NCBI GenBank assembly: GCA_964016885.1
Contig: OZ024760.1
Coordinates: forward strand, 7,130,001 to 7,194,000
Source of the DNA: Eledone cirrhosa
Taxonomy: Eukaryota
Direction of reading: 5' to 3'
Length of the DNA stretch: 64,000 bases
In this document: positions 1-26,437 of the stretch, one piece after another
How positions within the stretch are numbered: position 1 is the first letter of the stretch
How the letters are laid out: each line of letters begins with the position of its first letter
The notes under the pieces: model-generated
What the model was told of the DNA's origin: nothing
What the model saw: the letters and a program-made list of their open reading frames with translations, nothing else
Databases searched by the model: none
Program-made: the position numbers and the translations under genes

Positions 1-255
1 TTTTTGTGGAGAGGCATAGAGAATGGTTTTGCCCCATGCGTTTCTGCAAGCATCCGAAGGAGCTGCTGGCCTTGGCGTGGTGGTTGTCAGTGTCTTTGAT
101 GGGGTAGCGTTGTGGGTAATGACGCTTCCCAAGTATGTGAAGTACTTCAATGTACTGAGAGGGTGCCCATTGATGTTAATCTGCGGATGATGGTATTCTT
201 CATTTGCTGGCTTCTTCTTCTTGAGGCTGATGGTCAGGCAAAAGGCAAAGTTGAA
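1..255 (-). mobile_element. Degenerate LINE RT fragment
   Basis: Minus strand reads GLTISLKK.. and YFTYLGSVI-like motifs. Confidence 0.5.
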
Positions 256-761
256 CGTCGGACATGCTGTGAGGCATAGAGTTACGCCCCTTACATTCTG
301 AGTTCAAATCTCGCCGAGGTTAGCTTTGCCTTCCATCCTTACAAGGTCGATAAAATAATGCACCAGTAATACACTGGAGTCGACTTAATCGACTCTCCTC
401 TCCTCCAAAATTGTTGGCCTTGTGCCTAAATCAGAAATCATTATATATGGGAGTATCTGAGTTCAAATCCCGCCGAGGTTAACTTTGCCTTTCATCCTTA
501 CGGGGGTCGATAAAATAAAGTACGAGTAATGCACTGGGTAATTGCTGGCCTTGTGCCTAAAGTAGAAACAATTATATATGGCAGTATCGGTAGAGGGTCG
601 GACGCCATGTTTTCCAGCATAGTTACGTCCCTTTACGATCTGAGTTCAAATCCCGGCCGAGGTTAACTTTGCCTTTCATCCTTACGATTCTTTGCTTAAA
701 CAGCCGTCGAAACGGCTTGAGCTCAGCCGTCGGGGTCTTACTGGTTCCTATATATATATAT

Positions 762-972
762 ATAGGAACCAGTAAGACCCCAAGTAGAGTGGGTAATAGG
801 AACCAGTAAGACCCCGTAGAGTGGGTAATAGGAACCAGTAAGACCCCGTAGAGTGGGTAATAGGAACCAGTAAGACCCCGTAGAGTGGGTAATAGGAACC
901 AGTAAGACCCCAAGTAGAGTGGGTAATAGGAACCAGTAAGACCCCAAGTAGAGTGGGTAATAGGAACCAGTA
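762..972. repeat. 36-37-bp minisatellite, ~6 copies
   Basis: taggaaccagtaagacccc(a)agtagagtgggtaa. Confidence 0.9.
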
Positions 973-1041
973 TCTACTACACAAAGTATTGAGTACTTTG
1001 GTGCGTTATGGTCTACCTGGTTCCTTACCACATTTCCTTCG

Positions 1042-1087
<46 letters not shown>

Positions 1088-1433
1088 GAATTATAAACAA
1101 CCTTTCATTGAATTAAAATTGAACTATTTAAATTTAAAAAAATTTTTTTTTTTTAAAAACCAACAAAAGTTTGTGAATAATTTTACGCAATGCTACGAGC
1201 GTGTTGGCTTGCCTCAAATGTGCAGTTAACCGATAGATGTGAGGTGCGGCCGATTATCACACTTGGTGGTGAAGTGCCCCCCCCCCCCCCCCTCCTTTTT
1301 TTTTTTTCCCAATTTACCTTTTCTTTCCTTTATTATTTTTGTTCAATGAATTTATATTATTCTGTTATTATACACGGTTTATTATATTTGTAATGTCCTG
1401 AATGAATTGCGAGCAATTTATAATGTTACGCAT

Positions 1434-1672
1434 TTATAATGTTATTTATGTATATATTTAAAGCATATTTGCAATGTTATTCTACTGTAAATTTATACAG
1501 TTGTAGTAAATCTATAATGTTATTTATGTATATATTTAAAGCATATTTGCAATGTTATTCTACTGTAAATTTATACAGTTGTAGTAAATCTATAATGTTA
1601 TTTATGTATATATTTAAAGCATATTTGCAATGTTATTCTACTGTAAATTTATACAGTTGTAGTAAATCTATA
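1434..1672. repeat. 78-bp direct repeat x3
   Basis: Identical units; explains ORF 1439-1684. Confidence 0.9.
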
Positions 1673-2377
1673 AGAAGTATATGAAAAGGGAAGAATAAAA
1701 AAACATCAATGTGACATAAAATGAAATATTTATTGCTTTTAAGTCAGATTATTTTGACACGTAACTCCTGCACCGTTGCACTCTTGCAGCAAGCACCGTT
1801 GATAATAGAAAGGTGCGTGTGTGATGTCTTTAGCCTGATTTAAATAATTGTTTCTTAACGGGAATAATCAGCTCAGTGCTAATAATTGTTTCTACTTTTG
1901 GCACAAGGCCAGCAATTATTCAGTACATTACTGGTACTTTATTTTATCGACCCCGCAAGAATGAAAGGCAAAGTTAACAATAACTTCTGGTTTTTAATTA
2001 GAATTTACAGATGAAGAACAAAACAATATATATTGTTGTTGCTGTTGGAAGATATTGAATTGTTGATCGATAAAAACAGACACAAGCTCGATTGTTATTG
2101 TAAATAATATATTAATATATTTAATTATAGTCTATTAGAAAAGAAAAGACGAAACAGAAAGATGTTTAGGTTCGCGATGCAAACGTGAAGAACTACGTGT
2201 TGTGCCTGCTACACCAGACGAGGTTACATACATACACACACGCATACACACATACATATATATATACACTGCTTGTTTATGTTTCTTTAACAGATATTAA
2301 CAGTCAGGTGAGGCGAAATGTTTGTTTTTATTCTTCAATATGTCTTTTTAACATTGACCTATGTGTACATACTATAT

Positions 2378-2446
<69 letters not shown>

Positions 2447-3359
2447 TACATTCCCCCTTCGTAAGGTCCCATTTCCAAATGCTATTTTAGATATTTAACC
2501 ACACCACTCCGCTGACTAGGCGGCAGGCCATTCACTTCTTCAGTTTAACTGACCTTCAACCTTTCTGAATAGACTTTACGTCCGCCTTTTGGGAAGGCAG
2601 CCTATTAGCATGGTTGATAGTTGTAGCTAGGTTGGAGCCAGCTTTTAGCTTCGTAGAGGAGGGTAGTGATTATAACAGCTTTGTAGACTCTGATAGTTGT
2701 GGCTAGGTTGGACCTTTAGGGTATACATACATACATCCGTACGTACGTACGTATACCCAACCACCTATATAGCCACGGGACAGCCAGGGGCTCCGCTACG
2801 TCTCATTGAGCCTCTGAACAAGGATTTGAAACGGAATATATATATATATATATATATATAATTGTTTCTACTTTTGGCACAAGGCCAGCAATAACCCAGT
2901 GCATTACTGGTACTTTATTTTATCGACCCCGTAAGGATGAAATGCAAAGTAAACCTATATATAATTGTTTCTACTTTTGGCACAAGGCCAGCAATAAACC
3001 AGTGCATTACTGGTACTTTATTTTATCGACCCCGTAAGGATGAAATGCAAAGTAAACCTATATATAATTGTTTCTACTTTTGGCACAAGGCCAGCAATAA
3101 ACCAGTGCATTACTGGTACTTTATTTTATCGACCCCAGAAGGATGAAAGGCAAAGTTAACCTATGTCCGTCCTTTTCAACCTTCGTTTTTTACAACTGTT
3201 GTTGTTAATACAAATTGTTTAATAACAGACGAACCGTCTTTGAAATTGGTTTCATAAAGTACTTTTTCTAAACAGTTTTTCAAGGTTACCCCTTCTTTAA
3301 TAATTCTTTTAGAAATTAATTTTCTATTGTCTATCTTAATCTAAATCTCGTGTTTTATA

Positions 3360-3642
3360 TACGAGGGTCAGCTAAAACGTTTATAAGCTGACTATGAAGG
3401 AATGATGCTAGAGCTGTGAAATCTTGCATGCATTAATTTCAACACTTCTTATTAAATAACTGCATTGTTTCATTCCGGGGATTATGTTGAAAAATAAACT
3501 TTATTTGGTCATTCCATGAGGTCAGCCCAAGAACTCTTTTCAGCCGACCCCTCGTAAATAACTTTGCTATAGCCCGTGGATCTACTGTGGGCGAGGTCGC
3601 CTTTACCCTCTTCATATCAAAATCGATTCTGGTTCCATCATA
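3360..3642. mobile_element. Mariner-like remnant
   Basis: TACGAGGG terminal motif at 3360. Confidence 0.4.
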
Positions 3643-4967
3643 CAAAGCTGTTTATTTTTTTAATGTTTGTATTTATATATTAAATAAGCTTCCATCGAAC
3701 TCTCGTTAAGTTATGTTCCGAATAGCAGCTGAATTATGGGAAAGTTAACTCCTTCCAAATTATTTTTAAAAGTGACGGCTATGCTGTGATTGGGGGAGAC
3801 CCTCAGAGCTGTTTCTTGTGGGGGTGTAACTGTTTTTTTTTTAAGCATTGTATGTATGTGTATATATATATAAATGTATACAGGGTGTTCCAAAAATAAT
3901 ATATACAGACTTCAACACCATTCTAATAAATGTGTATACATTTTGGGGGGACACCCGTATATATAATGTAGGATCCCGATGTAAATCGGGAGGTGACAAC
4001 TGTAAAAAAAGGTACTCAGTATGGTAGTAGAGTATAGGTATGTTCATTTTATTTTAGAAATGACTTCTACAGGATTAGAACTGTTTCATTCGTAAGAAAT
4101 CATTATATATACATTAGTCTTATTCATTATATAAATTTTATTGACTCATATATAAAAATATATTGTTATAAAAAAAAAGAAAAGAAAAAACTAAAAGTAT
4201 AAGCAGTGTTTTACACTGGAGGGCAACACCAGGTCTCCTTCATTTAATATACAGTTGTGTACGTTCAGGTCTTTTATTTTAAATTTATTTCTAGCTTAAA
4301 TTTATTATTATACTGAGGCGGCATATCAAATCCCGCCGAGGTCAACTTTGCCTTTCATCCGTACGGGGGTCGATAAAATAAAGTACCAGTAATGCACTGA
4401 GATAATTGCCGGCCTTGTGCCAAAAGTAGTAAACAATTAGCGGTAAAGCGTCGGACGCTATGCGTCTTGGCATAGAGTTACGGCCCTTTGCGTTCTATGT
4501 TCAAATCCAGCCGAGGTTAACTTTGCCTTTCATCGTTACGGGGTCGATAAAATAAAGTACCAGTAAGGTACTGGGGTCGATTTAATCGACTTCCACCCCT
4601 CAAAAAAATTGCTCGCTTTGTGCCTGTAGTAGAAATTATTATTATAATTGTCCATTTGTTTGTGATAATAGAATTCATATCTATTTTATTGTGTTAAAAT
4701 AAATCTAGGATAAGATTACATAAAAATAATAAAGAATTTAATATTTAGTCAAACAAAGAAAAAGAAAGTATCATTAGAAAAAAACTATTAATGAGAAGAA
4801 AGGGAGTGAAAGGGGGAAGACATTAAGCTTCAGTGCACTTTAGGCGCCTTATAGAGTAATCTCCCCTTAATACATGATGCCGTGTTAAGAGAAGCAATTC
4901 ATAAAAAAATGTTAGCATGTTAAAGGTTAAACAATGAAAGAAAGGATGACAGAGAGGGAGACAGACT

Positions 4968-5240
4968 CTACACTAAGTCAGCTGTGCCCTGTAGATAAAA
5001 CAGCAAAAGCATTGCCATAGACAATGGCCAAGCAACACCCACCTCGTAGGGTTCCTTGCTCAGATGGGCTGCTGTCATTCCAATTTTACAGAGGGAGTCA
5101 GCTGTGTGGGTTCCGAGGATGCCTGAGGCCTCGATGACGACCGGGGCAAAGAGGAAGGGGCCAGACAAGCCCCGGCATTTGCTTGTCTTTCTGTCCCTTG
5201 TATTGCAGGGCCATGGTAGCAGGGTTTGTGGAACTAGATA
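4968..5240 (-). mobile_element. Possible CRE-type non-LTR restriction-like endonuclease remnant
   Basis: FAPVVIEASGILG resembles the F.P...E..G..G motif of RLE domains. Confidence 0.4.
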
Positions 5241-5489
5241 TTAGGGGAGGAAGGGTGTTGACAGACTATCATATTTGCAGGGTTTCTGAGTGTGGTGATG
5301 GTGTGTAAAGTGGAGTGGGGGTGTGTGTGTGTGTGGGGGGGGGGGGGGGGTAGAAACCACAATACACAGGTTACTGTTTTCAGGGTTTTGAGAAGTGTAT
5401 ACAGCATGACTGTGTATCAGGGATTTATTTACACTCAGGGTATCATGGTGGACAGAGGTAGCGGATATTGGCAGTGTTAACTGTACATG

Positions 5490-5780
5490 TTAACAGTACA
5501 TATTTGACAATGCTACATGTTTAACAGTGCTACACATTTGACAATGCTACATGTTTAACAGTGCTACACATTTGACAATGCTATATGTTTAACAGTGCTA
5601 CACATTTGACAATGCTACATGTTTAACAGTGCTACACATTTGACAATGCTATATGTTTAACAGTGCTACATATTTGACAATGCTACATGTTTGTTAACAG
5701 TACATGTTTTGATAATGCTACATGTTTGGCAATGTTACATGTTTAACGATGGTGCATGTTTGACAATGCTACATATTTGA
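5490..5780. repeat. ~36-bp minisatellite (composite of two related sub-repeats)
   Basis: tttgacaatgctacatgtttaacagtgctacaca. Confidence 0.8.
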
Positions 5781-6058
5781 TAATTGTTTCTACTTTTGGC
5801 ACAAGGCCAGCAATAACCCAGTGTATTACTGGTACTTTATTTTATCGACCCCCGTAAGGATGAAAGGCAAAGTTAACCTCGGTGGGATTTGAACTTTGAT
5901 AATGATACATGTTTGTTAACTACATGTTTGACAATGGTAAATGTTTGTTAACGTTTGATAACAATCCATGTTGTGTGAAACAGTTCAACACTATCTGTTA
6001 ACTATACATGGTTATAACCTATGTCTTTCAGGTGATTCTCTTCACAACAGCAGCCATC

Positions 6059-19595
<13,537 letters not shown>

Positions 19596-19764
19596 AACGT
19601 GTAATGGCACCGGTCAGTTGGCACATCTGTTAGGGGGTGCCACACTCGTTTTTGTGGGGGGAGGGTGTTAGGCATTGGCCACATTTGGTGAAGAAGGATT
19701 TCGTAAATTTTTTATTGCCACTGGTATCAACTGGAACAGAGCTATATAACGATAGTTTACCTTT

Positions 19765-19883
<119 letters not shown>

Positions 19884-20016
19884 CATATGTAAGTATACAC
19901 ACGTATGCATTTATATATATATATGTATACATATGTGGGTGTGTGTGTATATATATCATGCACATATATGTATGTGCATGTGTATATAAACATACATATA
20001 TATGTATCTGTGTATG

Positions 20017-20057
<41 letters not shown>

Positions 20058-20179
20058 ATGTATATAAAATATATATTATTTATGTAGTTTTATTTAATTT
20101 TTTATTTGATCATTACGAAAAAAAATAATCATAAATATCATCAAATGGTTTTTGCACAGAAATAGTGGCACAATAACAT

Positions 20180-21386
20180 ACATGACCCTGTTATATCTGG
20201 TGGGAATACCTGTGACCCTGTTGAAATGAGTGGGACCACATATGACCCTGTTATATCTGGTGAGAATACCTGTGACCCTGTTGAAATGAGTGGGACCACA
20301 TATGACCCTGTTATATCTGGTGGGAATACCTGTGACCCTGTTGAAATGAGTGGGACCACATATGACCCTGTTATATCTGGTGGGAATACCTGTGACCCTG
20401 TTGAAATGAGTGGGACCACATATGACCCTGTTATATCTGGTGGGAATACCTGTGACCCTGTTGAAATGAGTGGGACCACATATGACCCTGTTATATCTGG
20501 TGGGAATACCTGTGACCCTGTTGAAATGAGTGGGACCACATATGACCCTGTTATATCTGGTGGGACCATCTGTGACCCTGTTGAAATGAGTGGGACCACA
20601 TATGACCCTGTTATATCTGGTGGGAATACCTGTGACCCTGTTGAAATGAGTGGGACCACATATGACCCTGCTATATCTGGTGGGACCATCTGTGACCTTG
20701 TTGAAATGAGTGGGACCACATATGACCCTGTTAAATCTGGCAGGACCATCTGAGACTGTGTTGTAACCTTATTGAATATAGTGGGGCCATCTGTGGCCCG
20801 GTTAAAATCAGTGGGACCACACAGGGCCTTGTTGAAACTAGTGGGACCATCAGTGACCCTGTTGAAAGTAGTGGGACCACACAGGGCCTTGATGAATCTA
20901 GTGTGACTATACATGACTCTGTTAAAACTAATGGGTCCACACATGACCCTGTTGAAAGTAGTAGGGCTATCTGTGATCCTGTTAAAACTAGTGGGACTAT
21001 CTGTGACTCTGTTAAAGCTAATGGGACCACACAGAGCCCTGTTGAAAGTAGTGGGACCACCTGTGACCCTGTTGAAGCTAGTGGGACTGCACATGACCCT
21101 TTTGAAACTAATGGGACCTCCTGAGACTTTGTTGAAAGTAGTGGGACCACCTGTGACTCCGTTAAAACTAGTGGAAATATCTGTGACCCTGTTAAAACTA
21201 GTGGGGCCAGACATGACCCTTTTGAAACTAGTGGGACCACACAGGGTCCTGTTAAAACATGCGGGACCACCTGTGACTCTGTTGAAACTTGTGGGACCAC
21301 CTGTGACCCTGTTGAAACTTGTGGGCCCATCTGTGACCCTGTTGAAACTACAGGGAGCACTGTGACCTTCTTGTAACTAGTGGGAT
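20180..21386. repeat. 30-bp satellite with a homogeneous 60-bp dimer segment
   Basis: tgaccctgtt..gtgggaccac core; exact 60-bp register over 20221-20700. Confidence 0.92.
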
Positions 21387-21934
21387 AACATTTTGGGCGG
21401 GGAAGGGCTGGGATAGTTCAGGTTTTGGGATCCCAGGGCCGTTTCCAGAGGAGCACTTGTTTGACAAGGGGTGCCCAGGGCATTTTCCTGCAAATAAATA
21501 AATCCAGCCCTGCCTGTCCCACCTCACTCGGTGCTTTCCCCACCCTACCCTCCTCCCCAGTTTTCGAGGCTTTCAAAGAAGGTCATTTAGGATATCTTTC
21601 CTAATCTTACTAAAAAAACATCAGCAAAACATCAACAAAAACATCAACAAAAACAACAGCTGCAACATCAACAACAACGGCAACAACAACATAATAGTAA
21701 ACAAAATATATCTAACAATGACAAAACAATTATATAAATTACTGGAGAAGTGATGAAAACAACTACAAAAACAACAACAACAATGACAACAATGACAACA
21801 ACAACAACAATGGTAACAATAACAACTAGAGCAACGACAACAACAAAGAATTGTTTTTTTTTCAGATAACAAATTAATTGAGGTTTTTCATGCTGTCAGA
21901 TGTTCTTGTCGTCTCATGAATAGTGAACATCACG

Positions 21935-21958
21935 TACACACATGCACACACACGTGTG

Positions 21959-22016
<58 letters not shown>

Positions 22017-22638
22017 TAACCTGTGTACATACATGCACACACACGTGTGTACACAAACACACACACAGATAACCTGCGTACACACACACACACATACAAA
22101 TAACCTGTGTACACACATGCACACACACGTGTGTACACATACACACACACACAGATAACCTGTGTACACACACATGCACACACGTGTGTACATACACACA
22201 GACACATGCGAATACACGTGTGTACATACACACACACATACATAGGCAAATACATGTGTGTACACACGCACACAGGCACGTGCAAATACACGTGTACACA
22301 CACATACATGCACACACACATGTAAGTGCACGTGTGTATACACACACACACACACATGCACACACACACACATATACACACATGCACATGGAAATACATG
22401 TGTATACACGTACATGCAAATATACGTGTGTACACACATACACACACATGCAAATACACTTGTACACACACACATACATACAAATACACCTGTGTACACA
22501 CACATGCAAATACACATGTATACACATACACACTCACACACATGGATAAATATATATATATTTATATATAAATATATATATATAAATATACATATATAAA
22601 TATATATATATATAAATATACATATATATATATATATT
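21935..22638. repeat. Complex (CA)n/(TA)n microsatellite
   Basis: Direct inspection. Confidence 0.92.
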
Positions 22639-22778
22639 TAAAGGTTAAACAAGGTTCAATGAATAAATCAAAGAATGAGTTTTACAATAGATTGGAAGCA
22701 CTCCACAGATATTGTTTTCCGGAGTTATTAATATTAATTCAAAATATTAACAAAAATAGACATTCGTGTGATCAAGTA

Positions 22779-22844
22779 TATTATATTATACATATTTCAG
22801 AGGTACTGAGCTATCTTCAAAGTATGTCCTCATCAGATAAAATA
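22779..22844 (-). ncRNA. Type I hammerhead ribozyme motif (degenerate stem II)
   Basis: Minus strand: tattttat-CTGATGA-ggacatact..agtacctct-GAAA-TATGTA-TA^atataata; downstream ACTCC..GAGTGCT motif at 22697-22725. Confidence 0.65.
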
Positions 22845-23104
22845 AGATGATGCATGACATACCCTGACTTAGTAGATGGTTAAGATTCAGTCATGGTAGT
22901 AAATAAGATATGACAAAACTCAATATTTATATACCTTAAGATTATATATATAGAAAGAAGGCATCTGTGGTACTTTTACCTGGCAAAAATCTAAACAGCA
23001 TCTCATCTAGATTGACTTGATCCCTAATCAGCTGAGCTATAACTCTTCCTGTGACCTTCATGACCTGGTCAACCAACTTTATATATATATACTGTATATA
23101 TATA

Positions 23105-24069
23105 TAAAGTTTGTTGACCAGGTCATGAATGTCACAGGAAGAGTTATAGCTCAGCTGATTAGGGATCAAGTCAATCTAGATGAGATGCTATTTAGATTTT
23201 TGCCAGGTAAAAGTACCACAAATGCCTTCTTTCTTGGAAGGCAACTGCAGGAGAAGTACCTAGCTAAAGGTAAACCCCTCTACTTGGCTTTTGTGGACCT
23301 GGAGAAAGCTTTTGATAGAGTCCCCTGTTCCATTATCTAGTGGGCTCTTAGAAAACTAGGAGTAGATGAGTGGTTTGTAAGAGAAGTACAAACCATGTAT
23401 AGAGGAACAGTCAGCAAGGTCAGAATTAACAATGACTATAGCTAAGAATTTATCTTGCAGTTTGATGTCTATCAGGGCTCAGTTCCTAGCTTTCACCTGT
23501 TTATCATCATCCTACAGGCTATAACTGAAGAGTTTAAGACAGGCTGGCCATGGGAACTTCTATATGCAGATGATCTAACCCTTATAACTGAATCTATGGC
23601 AGAATTAGAGAAAGAATTCCAAACCTGGAAACATGGCCTAGAATCAAAAGGTCTTAAAGTTAACTTGTCAAAGATCAAAGTTCATGTATATAGAAAGGAA
23701 AACAGGGCCCAGATTCCCTCAGGGAAAATAGTCTTGCTCAGTGTGAGGAAAGGAGTAGGTAGAAATTCCATCCTATGTGCCAAATACAAAATATGGGTAC
23801 ACAAGAGATGTAGTGGGATCTCAGGCAGGCTAGCAAAGAATGTAGGTTTTATATGTGGCCAATGCATAGGTGCAGTAAGTATCAAGAACCCACAGAGGAC
23901 TCTGTAGAAATAGTAGATAGTTATCTGGGTTAGTAAATTAGCAGTGGAGAAGGTTGTTTTAAAAGCTCTGTAGCCAGAGTGAGAACTGGTTGGAAAAAGT
24001 TCAGGGAGTTACTACTGCTAAATACAAAAGGTTTTTCCTTCAAAATGAAGGGAAGATTGTCTGATGCAT
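23105..24069 (+). mobile_element. Decayed RTE LINE RT fragment
   Basis: AFVDLEKAFDRVP, LLYADDL; internal stops. Confidence 0.88.
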
Positions 24070-26390
24070 GTAGGACTGTATCTGGCAGGCTTTCTACGAC
24101 TGGATGCCCTTCCTAACACCAACCACGTTTACAGTGTGGACTGGAAGGTTTTTACCGTGTTACCTACACAGCTACGTTACAGCGTGGACTGTGTGTTTTT
24201 TTTTTGTCATGACACCTACACGACCTCATATTTAGGACTGGATGTTGTGGTACCAACATAACTTTACAGAGAAAGGGGTGGTGTTGATGGGGGTGGGGCT
24301 GGGGGAGTGGGATAGGGGTGTATATTTGATTAAGAGGTGCCTACTGACTTGGTTTCGTTTTGTACTTAGGCAAAGCAGGTCTTCTGTATTATGCCAAAGA
24401 TCTCGGTCCAGTGACATTGTCTTAGAGAGGTGTAAGTGTGTAAGGTCGGAATTTATCAAATCGTCCCAGGTTTTTCTGGGTCTGCCTACTCTGTAACTAC
24501 CATAAATTTTGATTGCCCTGCACTTTTTTATACATCTGTCGTCTTTCATGCGCATCACGTGACCATACCAAAGTAGTCTTCTCTCGAGTAAACAGCGTCT
24601 GATCCCTCTTATACCTAATTTCTCACTTAGTTCATTTATGCTTTGCTGTTCACGTATAGTACTATTAGACATCCAACGGAGCATACATGCTTTGTTCCTC
24701 TCCAGTCTGTGCAGATCCTCTGCACACAATGCCCAGGTCTCACTGCCATGTAACATTGCTGTTCATATACAGGCATCATACAGTCTGCCTTTCATTTTTA
24801 GAGAGAAACCTTTAGTGGCCAATAGTGGTATAAGCTCTCTGAACTTTTTCCATCCCGTTCTGACTCAGGCTACTGTACTTTCAGAGCACCCTCCACCACT
24901 GCTGATTTTGTCACCCAGGTAACGGAAGGTGTCCACTATTTCTATAGAGCCATCTGGGCAATAGAAGGAGCTAGTATCCTGTGGGCACTTGCGACTTATT
25001 GCATCTGAGCACTGGCCACATATAAAATCTACGTTCTTAGATAGCTTACCTGTGATCTCACTACATCTTTTATGCACCCATACTTTGCATTTGGGACATA
25101 GAATGAAATTTCTGCCTACTCCTTTCCTACACACTGAGCATGGCCATTTCCCAGAGGGGACTTGTGCCCTATTTTCCTTCCTACATACTAGAACTTTAGT
25201 CTTAGACAAGTTAACTTTAAGGCCTTTTGATTCTAGGCCATGCTTCCATGTTTGGAATTTCTTCTCTAGTTCAGCCATCGATTCAGCTATGAGCGTTAGA
25301 TCATCTGCATATAGAAGTTCCTATGGGCAGCCAGTCTTGAACTCCTCTGTTATAGCCTGAAGGGCAATAATAAATAGGAGGGGGCTAAGGACAGAGCCCT
25401 GATGAACACCAACTTTTACATTAAATTCTTCACTAAATTCGTTGTTAATTCTAACCTTACTGACTGTTTCTTTATCTGGGTATGGTGTGGTGCGCGGTGG
25501 CCGGAAGCTGGGGAGTGCTCGACCGGAAGAGTGCTTCACCGGAAGGGTGTTTGGCCGGAAGGGTGCTCGACCGGATGGGCCAGCAGGTCGGCCTCTCTCT
25601 AGCGGTGATCAGGAACGTTGTGGACGCGAGTTTTGCAGCTCCCGGTTTTAACGAGTTGGATTGTACGCACGTGGAAGAGGAGAAACCAGCCATGGGATCT
25701 AGCGGCGCCTGTGAAAAGCGGTAAGTGAGGTAGCTTTTTGTAACCACACTTTATACATGGCTTGTATAGCTCTCACAAGCCATTCATCAACCCCTAGTTT
25801 TCTAAGGGCCCACCAGATAATGACGGAGGGGACTCTGTCAAAGGCTTTCTCCAAGTCAACAAAAGCTAAGTATAGGAGTTTACTTTTAGCTAGGTACTTC
25901 TGTAGTTGTTGTACAAGGAAAAGGGCGTCTGTGGTACCTGACACAAACCCAAACTGCATTTCATCTAGATCAATTCGCTCTCTGATTAGTTGTGCTATAA
26001 CTTTTTCTGTGACCTTCATGGCCTAGACAATTAATTTAATGCCTCTATAGTTTCCCCTATCTAGGGCATCTCCTTTACCCTTGTAGCAATTAATGATGAT
26101 GCTGCTACAGTCATTTGGTATGACCCTGTTCTGTATGACTTGGCTTACTATCCAGGTGACCATAGTGTGTCCCACCATTCCAGGTGCTTTCAGCAACTAT
26201 CTACAAAGGTCCAGCTGCCTTGCCTGTCTTCATATCTTTGATTGCCTTACTTATTATACTACCTTCAACTTGCACTGCTGGTCCCTCTATTGGATCGATG
26301 TGGGGCAGACTATCTTTTCCCCATTTATTCTCCTCATTTAGTAGCCTTTCGTAGTAACACTTCCAAGCTACTTTCTTAGCATCAGTGATG
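24070..26390 (-). mobile_element. Decayed RTE LINE (RT plus 3'UTR), interrupted by an insertion
   Basis: FVDLEKAFDRVP, GVHQGSVLSPLLF, Cys-rich insert, FRYLGD, HGSETW, WYGHVMR, GRPRKTW. Confidence 0.88.
25476..25748. mobile_element. LTR-like insertion inside the RTE RT
   Basis: TGTGGT..ACCACA termini (25486-25748); CTTTAT on both sides; CCGGAAG-rich. Confidence 0.6.
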
Positions 26391-26437
26391 GCAAGTACAT
26401 ATATATATATACATACATATATATATATATATATATA

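Noticed and set aside
2170-2313. Possible 5'UTR exon/promoter of AADAT-A (CpG-bearing patch, cag/gtgagg donor at 2308)
   Set aside because: Plausible but cannot be supported without transcript data
20141-21365. 357-aa and overlapping repeat ORFs
   Set aside because: Satellite with period a multiple of 3; open in many frames; no splice or homology support
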